Below, one piece after another: positions 38,834 through 51,163 of a stretch of 64,000 bases of DNA. Below the pieces are notes generated by a model. That model worked only from the letters and a program-made list of their open reading frames with translations. It did not search any database and was not told the DNA's origin. Position 1 is the first letter of the stretch. Every line of letters starts with the position of its first letter. The translations under genes were made by a program, and so were the position numbers. The DNA is from Batkoa obscura (Eukaryota). The stretch spans positions 1,674,001 through 1,738,000 of the forward strand of contig JASVEC010000002.1 in NCBI GenBank assembly GCA_030770535.1, written 5' to 3'.

Positions 38834-40279
38834 TTAAAGAGACTCTTTGGTAACTACACCATTAACTTCGGTTTCCTTTTCACCTTTAGTGACACCATTA
38901 TCAGTAACGGAATGAAGTTTATGTCCCTTACTAGTGGTTTCTCCATTAACAGTGTTCTTTTCACTGCTACTTTCGCTACGCTCAGCTTTGCTAGTGGTTT
39001 TTCCATTTTCAGTGCTACTGCTGTCGCTGCTGTTGTTTGCGCTAGAGCTGGAGGTAGAGGAGCTAGTTGAGTTGTTAGTTGAGTTATTGGTAGAGTTACC
39101 ACCAGTATTCTTAGTGGAAGAATTATTGGAAGAACTGTTCGAAGAATTATTGGAAGAACTGTTAGAAGAATTGTTAGAAGAATTGTTAGAGGAAGAGTTG
39201 TTAGAAGAGTTATTAGAAGAGTTATTAGAAGAGTTATTGGAGGTGTTGTTGTTAGTACTGTTGTTAGTACTGTTGTTAGTACCGCTGTTAGTGCTGTTAT
39301 TGTTAGAGGTGTTGGTATTGGTACCGCTATTGTTAGAGGTATTACTGGTAGTACCACTGTTGCTTGAGGTATTGCTATTAGTACCGCTATTGTTAGAGGT
39401 ATTACTGGTAGTACCACTGTTGGTTGAGGTATTACTATTAGTACCACTGTTGGTTGAGGTATTGCTATTAGTACCGCTGTTATTAGAGGTATTGCTATTA
39501 GTACCACTGTTGCTTGAAGTATTGCTATTAGTACCGCTGTTGCTTGAGGTATTGCTATTAGTACCGCTGTTGTTAGAGGTATTGCTATTAGTACCGCTGT
39601 TGTTAGAGGTATTGCTATTAGTACCGCTGTTGTTAGAAGTGTTGTTGTTGGTACTGTTGTTTGAGGTGTTGTTAGTGTTACTATTGTTAGAGGTATTGTT
39701 ATTAGCACTGTTGTTAACATTATTGTTGTTTGAAGTATTTGAGTTGTTAACGTTATTAATGTTACTATTGTTAACATTGTTGCTATTATTAACAGTGTTG
39801 GTATTACTATTGGTAAGACTGTTGCTGTTATTAATAGTATTGCTGTTATTATTAGTAAGATTATTACTATTGTTAATAGTGTTACTGTTGTTGTTACTAA
39901 CGTTATTATTATTATTCATAATGTTATTGTTGTTGTTAGTCATTTGATTGTTGTTATTAGCAGTGTTATTGTTGTTATTCGTAGCATTGTTACTGTTATT
40001 AGTAGTATTGTTACTGTTATTAGTAGTATTGTTACTGTTATTAGTAGTCTTATTATCATTATTGGTAGTATTACTAGTATTGTTGTTAGTCTTAGTATCA
40101 TTGTGACTATCATTATGGGAATCGGTTTTGGGAGTTCCAGTAGGTTTCTTATACCCACCGAGAACATTCTTTAAAACATTGAATTCATTAAGTAAACCAA
40201 AAGTACGACGTTCTACTGGCATAGCTTCAATGGCGGTCATAGTGACAATAAAGGTGGTTAAAATGTTGGCTAATTTCAT
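38834..40279 (-). CDS. Secreted VERR-family Asn/Ser-rich protein, paralogue 4 (inverted)
   Basis: Same signal, VERR and head as paralogue 1; heptads, about 11 NNSGTNSNTS decamers; C-terminal NG-turn domain ending VNGVVTKESL. Confidence 0.9.
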   Translation of the reverse strand: MKLANILTTFIVTMTAIEAMPVERRTFGLLNEFNVLKNVLGGYKKPTGTPKTDSHNDSHNDTKTNNNTSNTTNNDNKTTNNSNNTTNNSNNTTNNSNNATNNNNNTANNNNQMTNNNNNIMNNNNNVSNNNSNTINNSNNLTNNNSNTINNSNSLTNSNTNTVNNSNNVNNSNINNVNNSNTSNNNNVNNSANNNTSNNSNTNNTSNNSTNNNTSNNSGTNSNTSNNSGTNSNTSNNSGTNSNTSSNSGTNSNTSSNSGTNSNTSNNSGTNSNTSTNSGTNSNTSTNSGTTSNTSNNSGTNSNTSSNSGTTSNTSNNSGTNTNTSNNNSTNSGTNNSTNNSTNNNTSNNSSNNSSNNSSNNSSSNNSSNNSSNSSSNNSSNSSSNNSSTKNTGGNSTNNSTNNSTSSSTSSSSANNSSDSSSTENGKTTSKAERSESSSEKNTVNGETTSKGHKLHSVTDNGVTKGEKETEVNGVVTKESL

Positions 40280-41909
40280 ATTGACTAAAGATAAAGACTT
40301 AAGGATTTAAATGATTTGATTGATTTGGTTGCAAAGGATCGCAGATTCTTTTTAATTGATATAATATGTTCACTTGTAAGTGTAGCTCTAAGTATAACTC
40401 GCCTGGAGAAGATTTAGAAAATGATTTGTTTTTAATAATTTTGGATAGTACTTTAACCTATTTATACTATTTTATCTACACTTTTACTTTAACTCATGCT
40501 AATCTTTCAATATTCTATTAAACATATTGTGCAATGCTAATATTTAATTAATAGTTCATCCACTTATTAATCTTTTAAAGTACCCATCTAATTTACTATA
40601 CAATCCAAAAACATTATGTTTATTCATGCGGATCCTATAACATTAAATCAATTTCATATACCATCACAGAACTAAATCTATTTTCAATAATTAAAAAATT
40701 TATTTATAAATCTGAATCAAATACTTTATGTATTTAATAATACATAAAGTATGTCGACAAATAGAGCCAGGGAATTAATAAGAACTAGTTTGTAATATCC
40801 GAATCCTTTCATTTAATTCAAATTAGCTTTAAGCATCAAATCCTTGATTTGTCTGTAATCATAATTATTTAGCAAAAAACTAAATTCTAATCACCCTTTT
40901 AGAGGAGCAGTATTCTTTTAAATTTTTGTATTGAGTTAGCAAAAGCTTGATCCAATTTTTAGCCAATTTGGCTTTTTAGCAAAAATTGCAAATCAAGTGT
41001 ATGAGATGCTATGAAATTAGTTGCTTTTTGCTTAAATAATTGATAAAAAAACGTTGTAAACATTGAATTATTTAAATTAAGGTTTTACGCTATATAGAAA
41101 ATGACAAAGAAAGTGAGATGTAAAATTTCACCCTTAATTTTGATCAAGCTTTTAGACTTATTTAAGTCTTTTTATAAAATGATATTAATTTATAAAAAAT
41201 AATAATACTCCTTTTAAATGGAAAATAATAACTTTTATATAAAAAAGTCATTTCATTTTATAATTAACGATAAATTTTTATGATTAAATTAAAAAAAGTA
41301 CTAACAAGCGTTTTATAGTAATAAAGTAAAATATAAGTCAATAAATTAGATAGTAATGCAAAAAATAAGCTTAAAAAAGGTAAGGAAATAAAATTTTTGA
41401 TCATTATAAAGTATTATAACTTGAAAAAACATAATAATAATTGTATATGTACAAATACTTTTATTTATTTAGCAAAGAGCTTTTTAAAAGATAAAAACCA
41501 ACTAAGTGTTTTCTTACATTATTTTTTAAGCTTATATGGGATATCGGTTTGTCAACTCTATGATTGATTGTAAATTACCTTAATGAATTTAAAAATTCTA
41601 GATTTTTGCTAACAAAGTACGACTTTTTTATATAAGCTATATATAATATTACTGAATATTATATATATGAATATAAATATGAACTTTACAATAATAATAA
41701 AATATTAAAATTAATATCAAATACTACAGTCTTTTAAAAAATTGTTAAATAATAATAACAATTCTATTTTAATATTAAAACAAGTATAAAAAAACTCATT
41801 AAAGTATTTTTTAGTAATTATTTTAAAGGAATCAGTTTTAGTAAAAAGTATTTTTATTAATTTAGCTGTAAAAAAATTTAAAAATACGTTATATTAGTTA
41901 TAAAGATAT

Positions 41910-42083
41910 GGGGATGTATTTTTGTGTTTAAGAATTTTACTAATAACTTTTCCACTCAAATAGCGCTTTATATAAATAATATAAATAATATGAAGATGTA
42001 TTTTTTTAAGGATTTTACTACAATCTTTTCACTCAAATAGCGCTTAAAAAATGGAAAAATAATAAAACTAAAAAAACAGCCCC
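41910..42083 (+). mobile_element. Two MITE family A copies (truncated 41910-41969; 41992-42083)
   Basis: Repeated core CACTCAAATAGCGCTT; the second copy is flanked ATAT/ATAT. Confidence 0.75.
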
Positions 42084-42378
42084 ATATATAGCTTTAGTAA
42101 AATTTCTTATTAATTAATAAATTAATAAATTAATAAATTTATTTTAAATAATACATTTAAAAAAAGCTGAATGATAATAATATAATTATTTAGATTAAAA
42201 ATGGCTACTAAAAATTTGAATTAGCTAATAGAAATGCTGAAAATTAAGATAGTTGTTATTGTAGTCAATTTTTAAAATTTTAAAATTCAATTATATATAA
42301 ATTTTTTTAAATAAAAATCTAAAATTATAAACTTAGTTTTATAAATTTAACTTGAAAAAAAAAATTAATTAACTATTT

Positions 42379-42476
42379 GGGGATGTATTTTTGTGTTTAA
42401 GAATTTAACTAACAAATTTTCCGCTTAAATAGCGCTTAAAAAATGGAAAAAATAATGAAGTTAAAAAAACACTCCC
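42379..42476 (+). mobile_element. MITE family A copy
   Basis: GGGGATGTATTTTTG...AAAAAAACACTCCC, flanked ATTT/ATTT. Confidence 0.85.
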
Positions 42477-42644
42477 ATTTATCTATTTTACTTAATAAGT
42501 ATTTTTAATTTAAATAACTACACTATTATTATTTAAATGTTTCTTTATATATTATACCAACTTTTACATTAACTCATAATTATAATACTTTTTCAAAAAA
42601 ATATCATAATGAAGTTTTAAATAAAATAATGTATATGAAAATAT

Positions 42645-42740
42645 GAACTACTATGAGCATGTAAATTATTTGCCCAATTACTAACATTTTTTTATAACTA
42701 TTGATAATTAGGTAAATAGTTTACATGCTCATAGTAACTC
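42645..42740. mobile_element. Long-TIR hairpin element (putative MITE family B)
   Basis: GAACTACTATGAGCATGTAAATTATTTGCCCAATTA pairs with TAATTAGGTAAATAGTTTACATGCTCATAGTAACTC; flanked ATAT/ATAG. Confidence 0.6.
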
Positions 42741-43330
42741 ATAGTTTAAAATCTAGATTATAAAATTATCTAATACTATTATACTATTTTGACTATTTTT
42801 TATTTAACGTAATTTTAAAACTTCAGTAGTAAACTATTGCAATAAAAAAAACATTTTTTCACATCTTTTATCCCTTAATTATACATTTATGCTTTTTTTA
42901 ATAGTAGGAAGTTTCAATTAAATTGAGATAAACAGAAGGAAATATCAAATAATTTTTATTAAGTAAACTTATATAAGAATTTGTTTATTAGCTAAAGGAT
43001 GATAGAGTGGATTAAATTTGACAAAAGCCATTTTAAAAGCAATTGATATTCAAATTAATATGGAACTTTAAAATCATTAGTTCCTATTACATTTATATAA
43101 AAAATCAATAGCTTATTGAATGTTTAAGGTAATTTAAGAATGTTTCTAAATAGTAAATAGAAAAATTACTATCACTTTTTATTCCAAATTAAGTAAAATC
43201 TATATCAATTTTTTTTAAAGAAGATTGAAATTCAAGAACATTTCAAAATTATTGGCGATGTTTATAAGTTGAAAATTTATATAGCTTTTGATTCAAATTT
43301 ACCAACCATTGAAAAAAATACTAATATTCA

Positions 43331-44136
43331 ATGTATAACACTTTACGAATAATAGCTATAATAATTTCTTGTCTAGTATTATTAGTACTTATAATTCAAT
43401 GCTTTGTTCGTTCATACAATCGGAAACGTCACGTTGAACCGGATATGGATCCTAATGAATTGAGTCCGCCAGTGATATTAAGTCAAGTAATGGTCCTCCC
43501 CTCTAGAGATTCTTTGCAAGAGTTAGAATGTCGATTTCATATAACCGAAGATAAGGTTGATCAAATTTTATCGCATGATTTAAATAATTTATATTTTAAT
43601 ACAACTACTTTTATTCAAGCTAATAGAAGGATTGATAACTTATTAAGACCAGCTTATTTTGAAATTGAATTATTAAAATTTAATATTGAAGGGTTTAAAT
43701 TGGAAATAGGTTTAGCAACTGAAAGTCATCAAAACTTAAACGGTATGTTTAGTATTTTATTGTTTTTTTAGTTAATCATTTATTTGTCTTTTTAGCCCCT
43801 AATATTTTTATAAGTTATTCCCATAGTAACATCATACTGAACAATCAACCTCATTCCCCTCTCTCAATAACTTCTGTCCAAGGTGATACAATAGGAGTCC
43901 TCTTCACCCCTTTCCCAACAACCGAAGTTAGTTTTACATTAAATGGTGCTATCATTTCTACCCAACAGTTTCAATTTAATCAGCAAAGTTTATACCCAAC
44001 GATCATAGCAAGTAATGAAACATTTGTTCACTTTAACTTTGGTGAAGAAATCTTTAAAAATTCAATGGCTAATTTCAATAATTTTGCAATTACTTCACCA
44101 ACGGTTATTGTGGAACCACCACCAGCTTATGTTTAA
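43331..44136 (+). CDS. Single-pass SPRY-domain protein with PPxY motif (Ssh4/Ear1-like Rsp5 adaptor), 2 exons
   Basis: N-terminal TM helix; AYFEIEL...EIGLAT; after intron 43743-43795, QGDTIGV...FTLNG, LYPTI...FNFG; ends EPPPAYV. Confidence 0.8.
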
Positions 44137-44611
44137 TATCGAGAACAGTTTCGAAAGTTTGGGGAGATAATGAATTTAAGGGTTTTTGGTGAGGATAATT
44201 AATATATACTTGAAGATATTGTAGTGATAATTTTTAAAAAAAAGAAAATATTTCATGTCAAATTAATAATCATTGTTTTTATTTTTTTATAAGTCCATTT
44301 TATTTAGTAACTTTTATATTAACATTCAACTTATAATTAATTCCATTAATATAAGAAATAGAATAACAAATTGATAATTAAATATTTCTCTTTATATTAA
44401 CTTAATATCAGAAATATTAATACAACAAAATTGAATGTCTTTAATTGAAAATATCAAAGATAACGTTAAAAAACATTCATTATGGATAAAATTGAATAGA
44501 TGAAAAGAAAAGTAAAATGAACAGAGATAGATCAATCGAAGAAGAGAAGAAAAAAGAATGTATTTTTTATCATAATTTAAGACTTTAAGGATATTAATAT
44601 GAAAATTTCGA

Positions 44612-46747
44612 TTACCTTCTTCTATATGAAGAATTTGATGAAAGTACAATTGCTTTCTTTCCTTTTTTCTTTTTACTTTTTTCAATAATTAAATCTAAAT
44701 CCCATCCGTCTCCAAAATCATTCACTTCTTTATTATTATTAACCCAAATAGGGATATTCTCACTATTACTCTTCTTTGATTCACTAATTTCAGGAAAATG
44801 AAAATTATCATTAATATGTTCTGGTTTAATAAAATTATTTGGATTGATAATTATACTATCATTTAATTCGTGGCCCATTTTTAAACTATCATATAAAGAT
44901 ATTTCTTCTTTATTTTCCATCTTTTCTTTCTTTTTATTTTTAATATATTTTAATCGTTGTGTTAAAGCACCTATAATTAAGTGTATATTAAAATATGTTA
45001 AATATTATAATTATGATTAATATCATTAATATTAAAATTTACCTTCATATCTTTTTAATACATCTTTGTTAACAATGTTATCAAGTTTAACATCAATCAA
45101 AGTAATAATACAAGTATCTGGTAAAAATTGTAATTCTTTGTATCTTTTTTTAACGGAGGAATTGATGCTAATTTCTTCAAAATAAATCATATTTAAATTT
45201 AATTTGGGTGGTAATTGGTTATTATATTCTTCTTTTAATATTTTGTTGTATAATGGATATAAATATATGAATTGTCCATTATTTAATTGATAAATTGTAG
45301 TGTTATGTTGTTGTTTTGAATTGATAGTTAATGTTTCTAATTCATTACTAATATTATTCATTTCAATATTCGTTTCATTGACTTCTTTTGTTTCTTCCAT
45401 ATCTTCCTTTCCTTCTTTAACTTCCTCACTTTCTTCTTTTGCTTCCTTTTCAACTTCGTTAAACCAATAATGATACAATTCTTCTAATCCTTTATTGATA
45501 TTTAATTTTTTCATCTTATGTTCAATTTTATTAATAGCTAATTGAATAAAATAAATCTCTTTTTCTTCTTTAGTAATACATCGAATTTCATTTTCTAATT
45601 CTTTTAATTCTTTAATGTCCTTATTAAACTTATTTACTAATCCTTCTTCTGAAGCTAACAAAAATTTATATTCATTAAATCCCAAATTAATAAAATCCAT
45701 TGGTATGAAATATTTGGCATCAAATGGCAGCTTGGTTGCAAAATTTAACCATTCTGTACTCTCATTTGCCGGTACAAAAAAATTCATATCCCCTACTTTT
45801 CTCATTAATTTAAATTCAACTTCTTCTTTTTCATTCAATTTCAGTCCTAAATTATCAATAATATGAATTGGCTTTAATGCTTTCTCATAAATTGATTCAT
45901 AACAAATTGGACATTTTTTCCATTGTTTATCATTTTCAATAGCCAAATAATGTAATAAACATGAATAACAATAGATATGTCCACAACTCGTCATTCGTCC
46001 TCCCATAGGTTCATTTAAACAGATGGCACATGTGATCTCTTCTCTTGCATTAACGATCTATTTTATTATTTATTATCTATTTATTACATCATTATGATAC
46101 TTACTACTTGTTCAACATGACTCCATTCAACGCATGCATCTAATATAAAATAGTTAAATTTGAACTATTAAAATTATTAGCAATCAACTTTACCTGGATC
46201 TGCTAAAATAACAGTATAATCTTGATTAGGATTTAATACGAATCTAAAACTAAAGAAGAAATATTTAATAAATAACTTAATCTCTATAAAAATAATAAAT
46301 CCTTACTTAGCATTGATAAACTTCACCTTATTAAACATCAAATTGCCCATGTTTTTATGATGTCTTCTATTATTTGAATGACCCATAATATGATCACTGA
46401 AGTGTCTTTCTGGTAGTGTGAAATTTAATAAATTATTCACTTTAATTTTGCCTTTTTTAGAGTAGATGAACTATTAATTGTCAATCATTTACTACCATTT
46501 AAATCAATAAATCACTTACTTCATCATCTAACAAAAGAGATTTATCGATACTCATCGCCTTTTTATTTTCTTTTAAGCTGCTTTTATGTTCTTTTTTTAA
46601 AGTGATTTCTTTTTTTATACTAGTATTGTTATTGGTATTTGTAATGATTTCTATATAAAAAGTTAATAAGTATTTACTTCACCTAAAATTCAAATTCATA
46701 TTACCTTTATTTAAATGTTTCATATTCTTTTTTTCATTGATGTTCAT
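44612..46747 (-). CDS. MAG2: RING finger E3 ligase, RNF10/MAG2 family, multi-exon
   Basis: LLNFTLPER, KFINANFRFVLNP, CAICLNEP...CGHIYCYSCLLHYL...WKKCPIC, C-terminal KKKKGKKAIVLSS. Confidence 0.85.
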
Positions 46748-47918
46748 ATTATAACTCTTTGTTAACTTATTGCTACTCATTCTCTTTAGTTATGTTAGTT
46801 GAATCTCTCTTTTTTATAAATGAAATTTGGCGGAAATTGATATTTTATAAAAAAATATTAAACTTGTCTTTTCCCTTTAAACTTATTGAAACTCAAGCTA
46901 TCTTTCTATACTATCAACTAAGCTATCTTTTTACACTATTAAAGTATGAGTAAAGCCGATAAAATTAATAAATTCTAATTGAAATTTGAAAACTCTTCAA
47001 TTGGCGAAGGATAACTCAACAACTTAAACTTTTAAACCAATTGCAGAGAAATTGAACGGGTGTTATTTAATATGTAGTACGTTTTTATTTAATTTATTAG
47101 AACTAGATTGTAATAATAAAGTTGAATCTTGTAAACTAGTAGCTAATAATTTAAAGTCCCAATAAACCTTCTAACATGCGCAGTGTTGAACTTTAGATCT
47201 CTTTTAATTGGCTCTATTAATTTTAGAAATCATGGTTTAAAGGGGTAAGATGATAGGGTGAAAGTTAACTTATCGCTTTTTAAAATCGGAAGAAAACAAA
47301 GTTTTATATTTTTCCGCTAAGGAAAAAACGTCAATGAAAATCACCATAGTTTATTTGATTTTGTTCTCCTTTTCATTATAAAAACAATAAATCTCTTATT
47401 TATAGTAATGGCTTCATTTATGAACCTTCCTCTTTTGTAAATGCTAATTTTTTATTTAATAATTTATTGGTGTTGTGATTTTATATCCCCTACTAACTTG
47501 AATTTGGTCAAGAAAGAAAGACACTTTGAGATTGAATTTGGAAATAAAGTAACATTGAACTTGTAAATCGTATGAAGGCACGAGCCGTATGTTTAGTTAC
47601 TAGTAGTTTTTTTATAAGCGATGGTAATTAGGGAAATAGTTCATATCCTTCATACTGGCTCATAAATTTCAATTTACGTTATATTCTCAAAAAATAGAAT
47701 GATTAAAACAAAGCAACTTTAGACAATAAGTTTTAGATTTTGATAATAAATGAGTTCAATTAAAAAATAGTTTATTTAAATGTTTATTTTTTTAAAATCT
47801 TTATATAAATACATTCCTTCGATAAAAATTTTATTCTCAAGTAACTTTAATTTTGTTGATTTAAATAAATAAATATATCATTTTTATGTATGAAAAGTAT
47901 ACATATTTATTTAATTGT

Positions 47919-48016
47919 GGTGATGTTTTCTTTGGTTTTACCACTTTTCCATTTTTTAAGCGCTATTTGAGTGGAAAAATTATTAATAAAATTCTTAAGC
48001 AAAAAAACATGTCCCC
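47919..48016 (-). mobile_element. MITE family A copy
   Basis: GGTGATGTTTTC...AAGCGCTATTTGAGTGG...AAAAAAACATGTCCCC. Confidence 0.75.
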
Positions 48017-48813
48017 AAATCCTTCTTTTTTTATTTAAGGCTATCAACAACACTAAATCAACTTGAATACTAAACCCCTACTCTACATCCCTTCTCCTTA
48101 AATCTAAAAAGTCTATTTTAGTTAAGCTCCGTGGCATCCATCACCTCTTGAATCTCTATCAGATAACTTTCCTTTTTTGCTTCCTGTCTATCGCGTTACA
48201 GTGGCTTCAACCACATGTGACTTTTTTTCTATTACTCAAAATAAGTTGTGCTTTATAGCTACGCTTTTGTGAACTATAACATATGTTAAGTTTTTAAAAT
48301 TCTGGACTTAGAAAGGGTAAATGTTTTATCTAAATTCAAATTAGTTTATAAACTTAATCAAAAAGTCGATTGATACCCCAATGTATGATATTGATCACGT
48401 AATGAATTATTCAACATCAAGGCACAAGGCTGAAGAGTTGACCCTTAAATCCTTTATTGTATATCCACTAGGAGCGGTAGATAGCCAATTTTACTTCTGT
48501 TCTGTAAAGGGTCTTCCACTTGATTCGAAGGAGATAATTTTGTATATAAAAAGTATTTATCTTTATATTTAGTTTATTATTCTGACTAAAAAAATTATAT
48601 GTCCTAACTATTTATTTTGATGTTATAGTTTTAAACTTCAAGTCCTAAATGAATTGGGATAGTATAATATATGTTAGCAAATAATTTGTGTAATATATAC
48701 TAGTAAGTAATTAAAAGATAGGATGGCCTTTTCTAAATACCTTTCATTTTTTATAAAACATTACCAACAAAGATACAGACGTGTACATTAAAATAATTTT
48801 TATTTTTAAATGT

Positions 48814-48904
48814 GGGGATGCTTTTGACTTTCATCATTTTTTCGACTTTTAACGATGTTGAACAGAAAAAATATTATTAAATTTTTATACAGAAATAGAC
48901 ATCT
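48814..48904 (-). mobile_element. Degenerate MITE family A copy
   Basis: GGGGATGCTTTTGACTTTCATCATTTT start with recognisable spacing; core eroded. Confidence 0.5.
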
Positions 48905-49960
48905 ATATATATATGCTCTTTCAGCCAGTAGCATTCTTATTTATTAGAGGCTCTTAAAGCTATTGTGCTTATGTATAACTTAAATTTTGATGTATTGACT
49001 CATATAAATAAGTCTTAATGTTCCAAAAACATCAATCATTTAGACAAAGTTTACTACTAGCTCAATACTACATAAAAAAATACTATCACCAAGCACTCTT
49101 CAATTAAATACTACCCATTAATTGAGTAATTTATTTCCTTACCTCTTCTTGAATTTATCTCCTTTATACAATTAAATCTAATGACTTCTAATCCCTCACT
49201 TTAGTATCATAAAATATCTAAGAACATAGTCATTTATAAATATTAGAAAAAAGGAACTATTACTTTGTATTTAAAAGGAATATTATCATTATTTAAAAAA
49301 CAACGAATATATTTTTGAAAAACTTTAATAAAATATTGCTCCTCTAAAAAAATGACCTTCGATCATTTTTTTAGTAAAACAACTATGATTATAGGTAAAT
49401 CAAGAGTTTATGCTTAAATTAATTTGTATACATATATTTTTAATATTATTAATCGACTTTTATAATTAATTCCCTGATCACATTAGTTAATAGTTTAAAT
49501 AAATTACTAAATACATTGAGTATATGGTTCAAATCTAAAAATAAAGTCTTTGATAATAATGATAGAGTTAATTCCTTGATAATACATATATTGGATTTAG
49601 TAGTATGTGAGTTTGCATGATTAAATATATCGTTTTTAGGTTGATGGGAAATTAGGTAACTACATTGTAAGATCAATAAGGGGATAAAATATTAATTAAA
49701 TAGTAGTATTGTATAATATAATTAATGAAGAATGTTGAAGGTTAGCATGAACAAAAGCTAAGTGCAGACAAAATAGTATAAAAAGACCAAGATAGCTATT
49801 CGAAATTATAAAAACAAATCTTCTTCTAAATCTTCTCCAGGTGAGTTATACTTAGAGCTACACTTACAAGTGAATATATACCAATTAAAAAGAATCTGTG
49901 ATCCTTTATAATCAAACCTTTTAAGCCTCTTAAATCTTTGAATATCCATCTTTAGTCAAT

Positions 49961-51163
49961 ATGAAATTAGCCAATATTTTAACCACCTTTATTGTTACTA
50001 TGGCCGCCATTGAAGCTATGCCAGTAGAACGTCGTACTTTTGGTTTACTTAATGAGTTTAATGTTTTGAAGAACATCCTTGGCGGGCACAAGAAGCCTAC
50101 TGGAACTCCCAAAAACGATTCTCATAACGATAGTCACAATGATAATAAGACTAATAATAATAGTAATACCACTAATAACAATAATAAGACTACTAACAAT
50201 AATAACAAGACCACCAATAACAATAACAATACTACTAATAATAGTAACAATACCACCAATAACAATAACAATACTACCAACAACAACAACCAAATGACTA
50301 ACAATAACAATAATGTTGTTAATAACCGTAATGATATTGTAAATAACAACTCAAATGTTGTCAATAACCGCAACAGTGTCACTAATAACAATAGCAATAC
50401 TGTTAATAACAGTAACAGCGTAAACAACAATAACAGCAACAGTGTAAACAACTCAAACACCATAAACAACAACAATACAAATAATGTCAAGAACTCAAAT
50501 ACTGTGAATAATAGTAGTACTAATAACAGTATTAATAATAATACTTCAAACAATAGTACTAATAATAACACCTCAAACACTAGCAACACTAACAGCGGTA
50601 CTAGCAGCAACACCTCCAAAGACTCTTCTTCTAGTAATACCTCCAAAGACTCTTCATCTAACAACTCTTCCTCTAAGAATACTAGCGATAGTTCCAATAG
50701 CTCAACTAGTAAAAATTCTTCTGATAATTCATCCAGTAAGAGTACTAGTGACAGTTCTACCAACAACTCTTCCTCTAAGAATACTAGTGATAGCTCCAAT
50801 AGCTCAACTAGTAAAAATTCTTCTGATAATTCTTCCACTAAGAATACTAGTGATAGTTCCACTAATAATTCTTCCGATAAGAGCACTAATAATAACTCCA
50901 CCAACAACTCTACTAATAACTCGAACAGCTCTTCCAAATCCAGTTCTAGTGAGAATAGTAAAAGCAACAAAAGCAGCAGTAGCACCGTTAATGGTCAAAC
51001 TACTAGTAATGCTGAAAATAATGAAAGTAGCAGTGAAAAGAATACTGTCAATGGAGAATCCACTAGTAAGGGACATAAACTTCACTCCGTTACTGATAAT
51101 GGTGTCACTAAAGGTGAAAAGGAAACTGAAGTTAATGGTGTAGTTACCAAAGAATCTTTTTAA
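49961..51163 (+). CDS. Secreted VERR-family Asn/Ser-rich protein, paralogue 5
   Basis: Signal peptide, MPVERR, TFGLLNEFNVLKNILGG, heptads, S/N/K/D stalk, NG-turn C-terminal domain. Confidence 0.9.
   Translation: MKLANILTTFIVTMAAIEAMPVERRTFGLLNEFNVLKNILGGHKKPTGTPKNDSHNDSHNDNKTNNNSNTTNNNNKTTNNNNKTTNNNNNTTNNSNNTTNNNNNTTNNNNQMTNNNNNVVNNRNDIVNNNSNVVNNRNSVTNNNSNTVNNSNSVNNNNSNSVNNSNTINNNNTNNVKNSNTVNNSSTNNSINNNTSNNSTNNNTSNTSNTNSGTSSNTSKDSSSSNTSKDSSSNNSSSKNTSDSSNSSTSKNSSDNSSSKSTSDSSTNNSSSKNTSDSSNSSTSKNSSDNSSTKNTSDSSTNNSSDKSTNNNSTNNSTNNSNSSSKSSSSENSKSNKSSSSTVNGQTTSNAENNESSSEKNTVNGESTSKGHKLHSVTDNGVTKGEKETEVNGVVTKESF

Noticed and set aside
47582..47600. GAGCCGTATG resembling the start of group II intron domain V
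   Set aside because: The GAAA loop and CACGTACGGTTC 3' arm are absent
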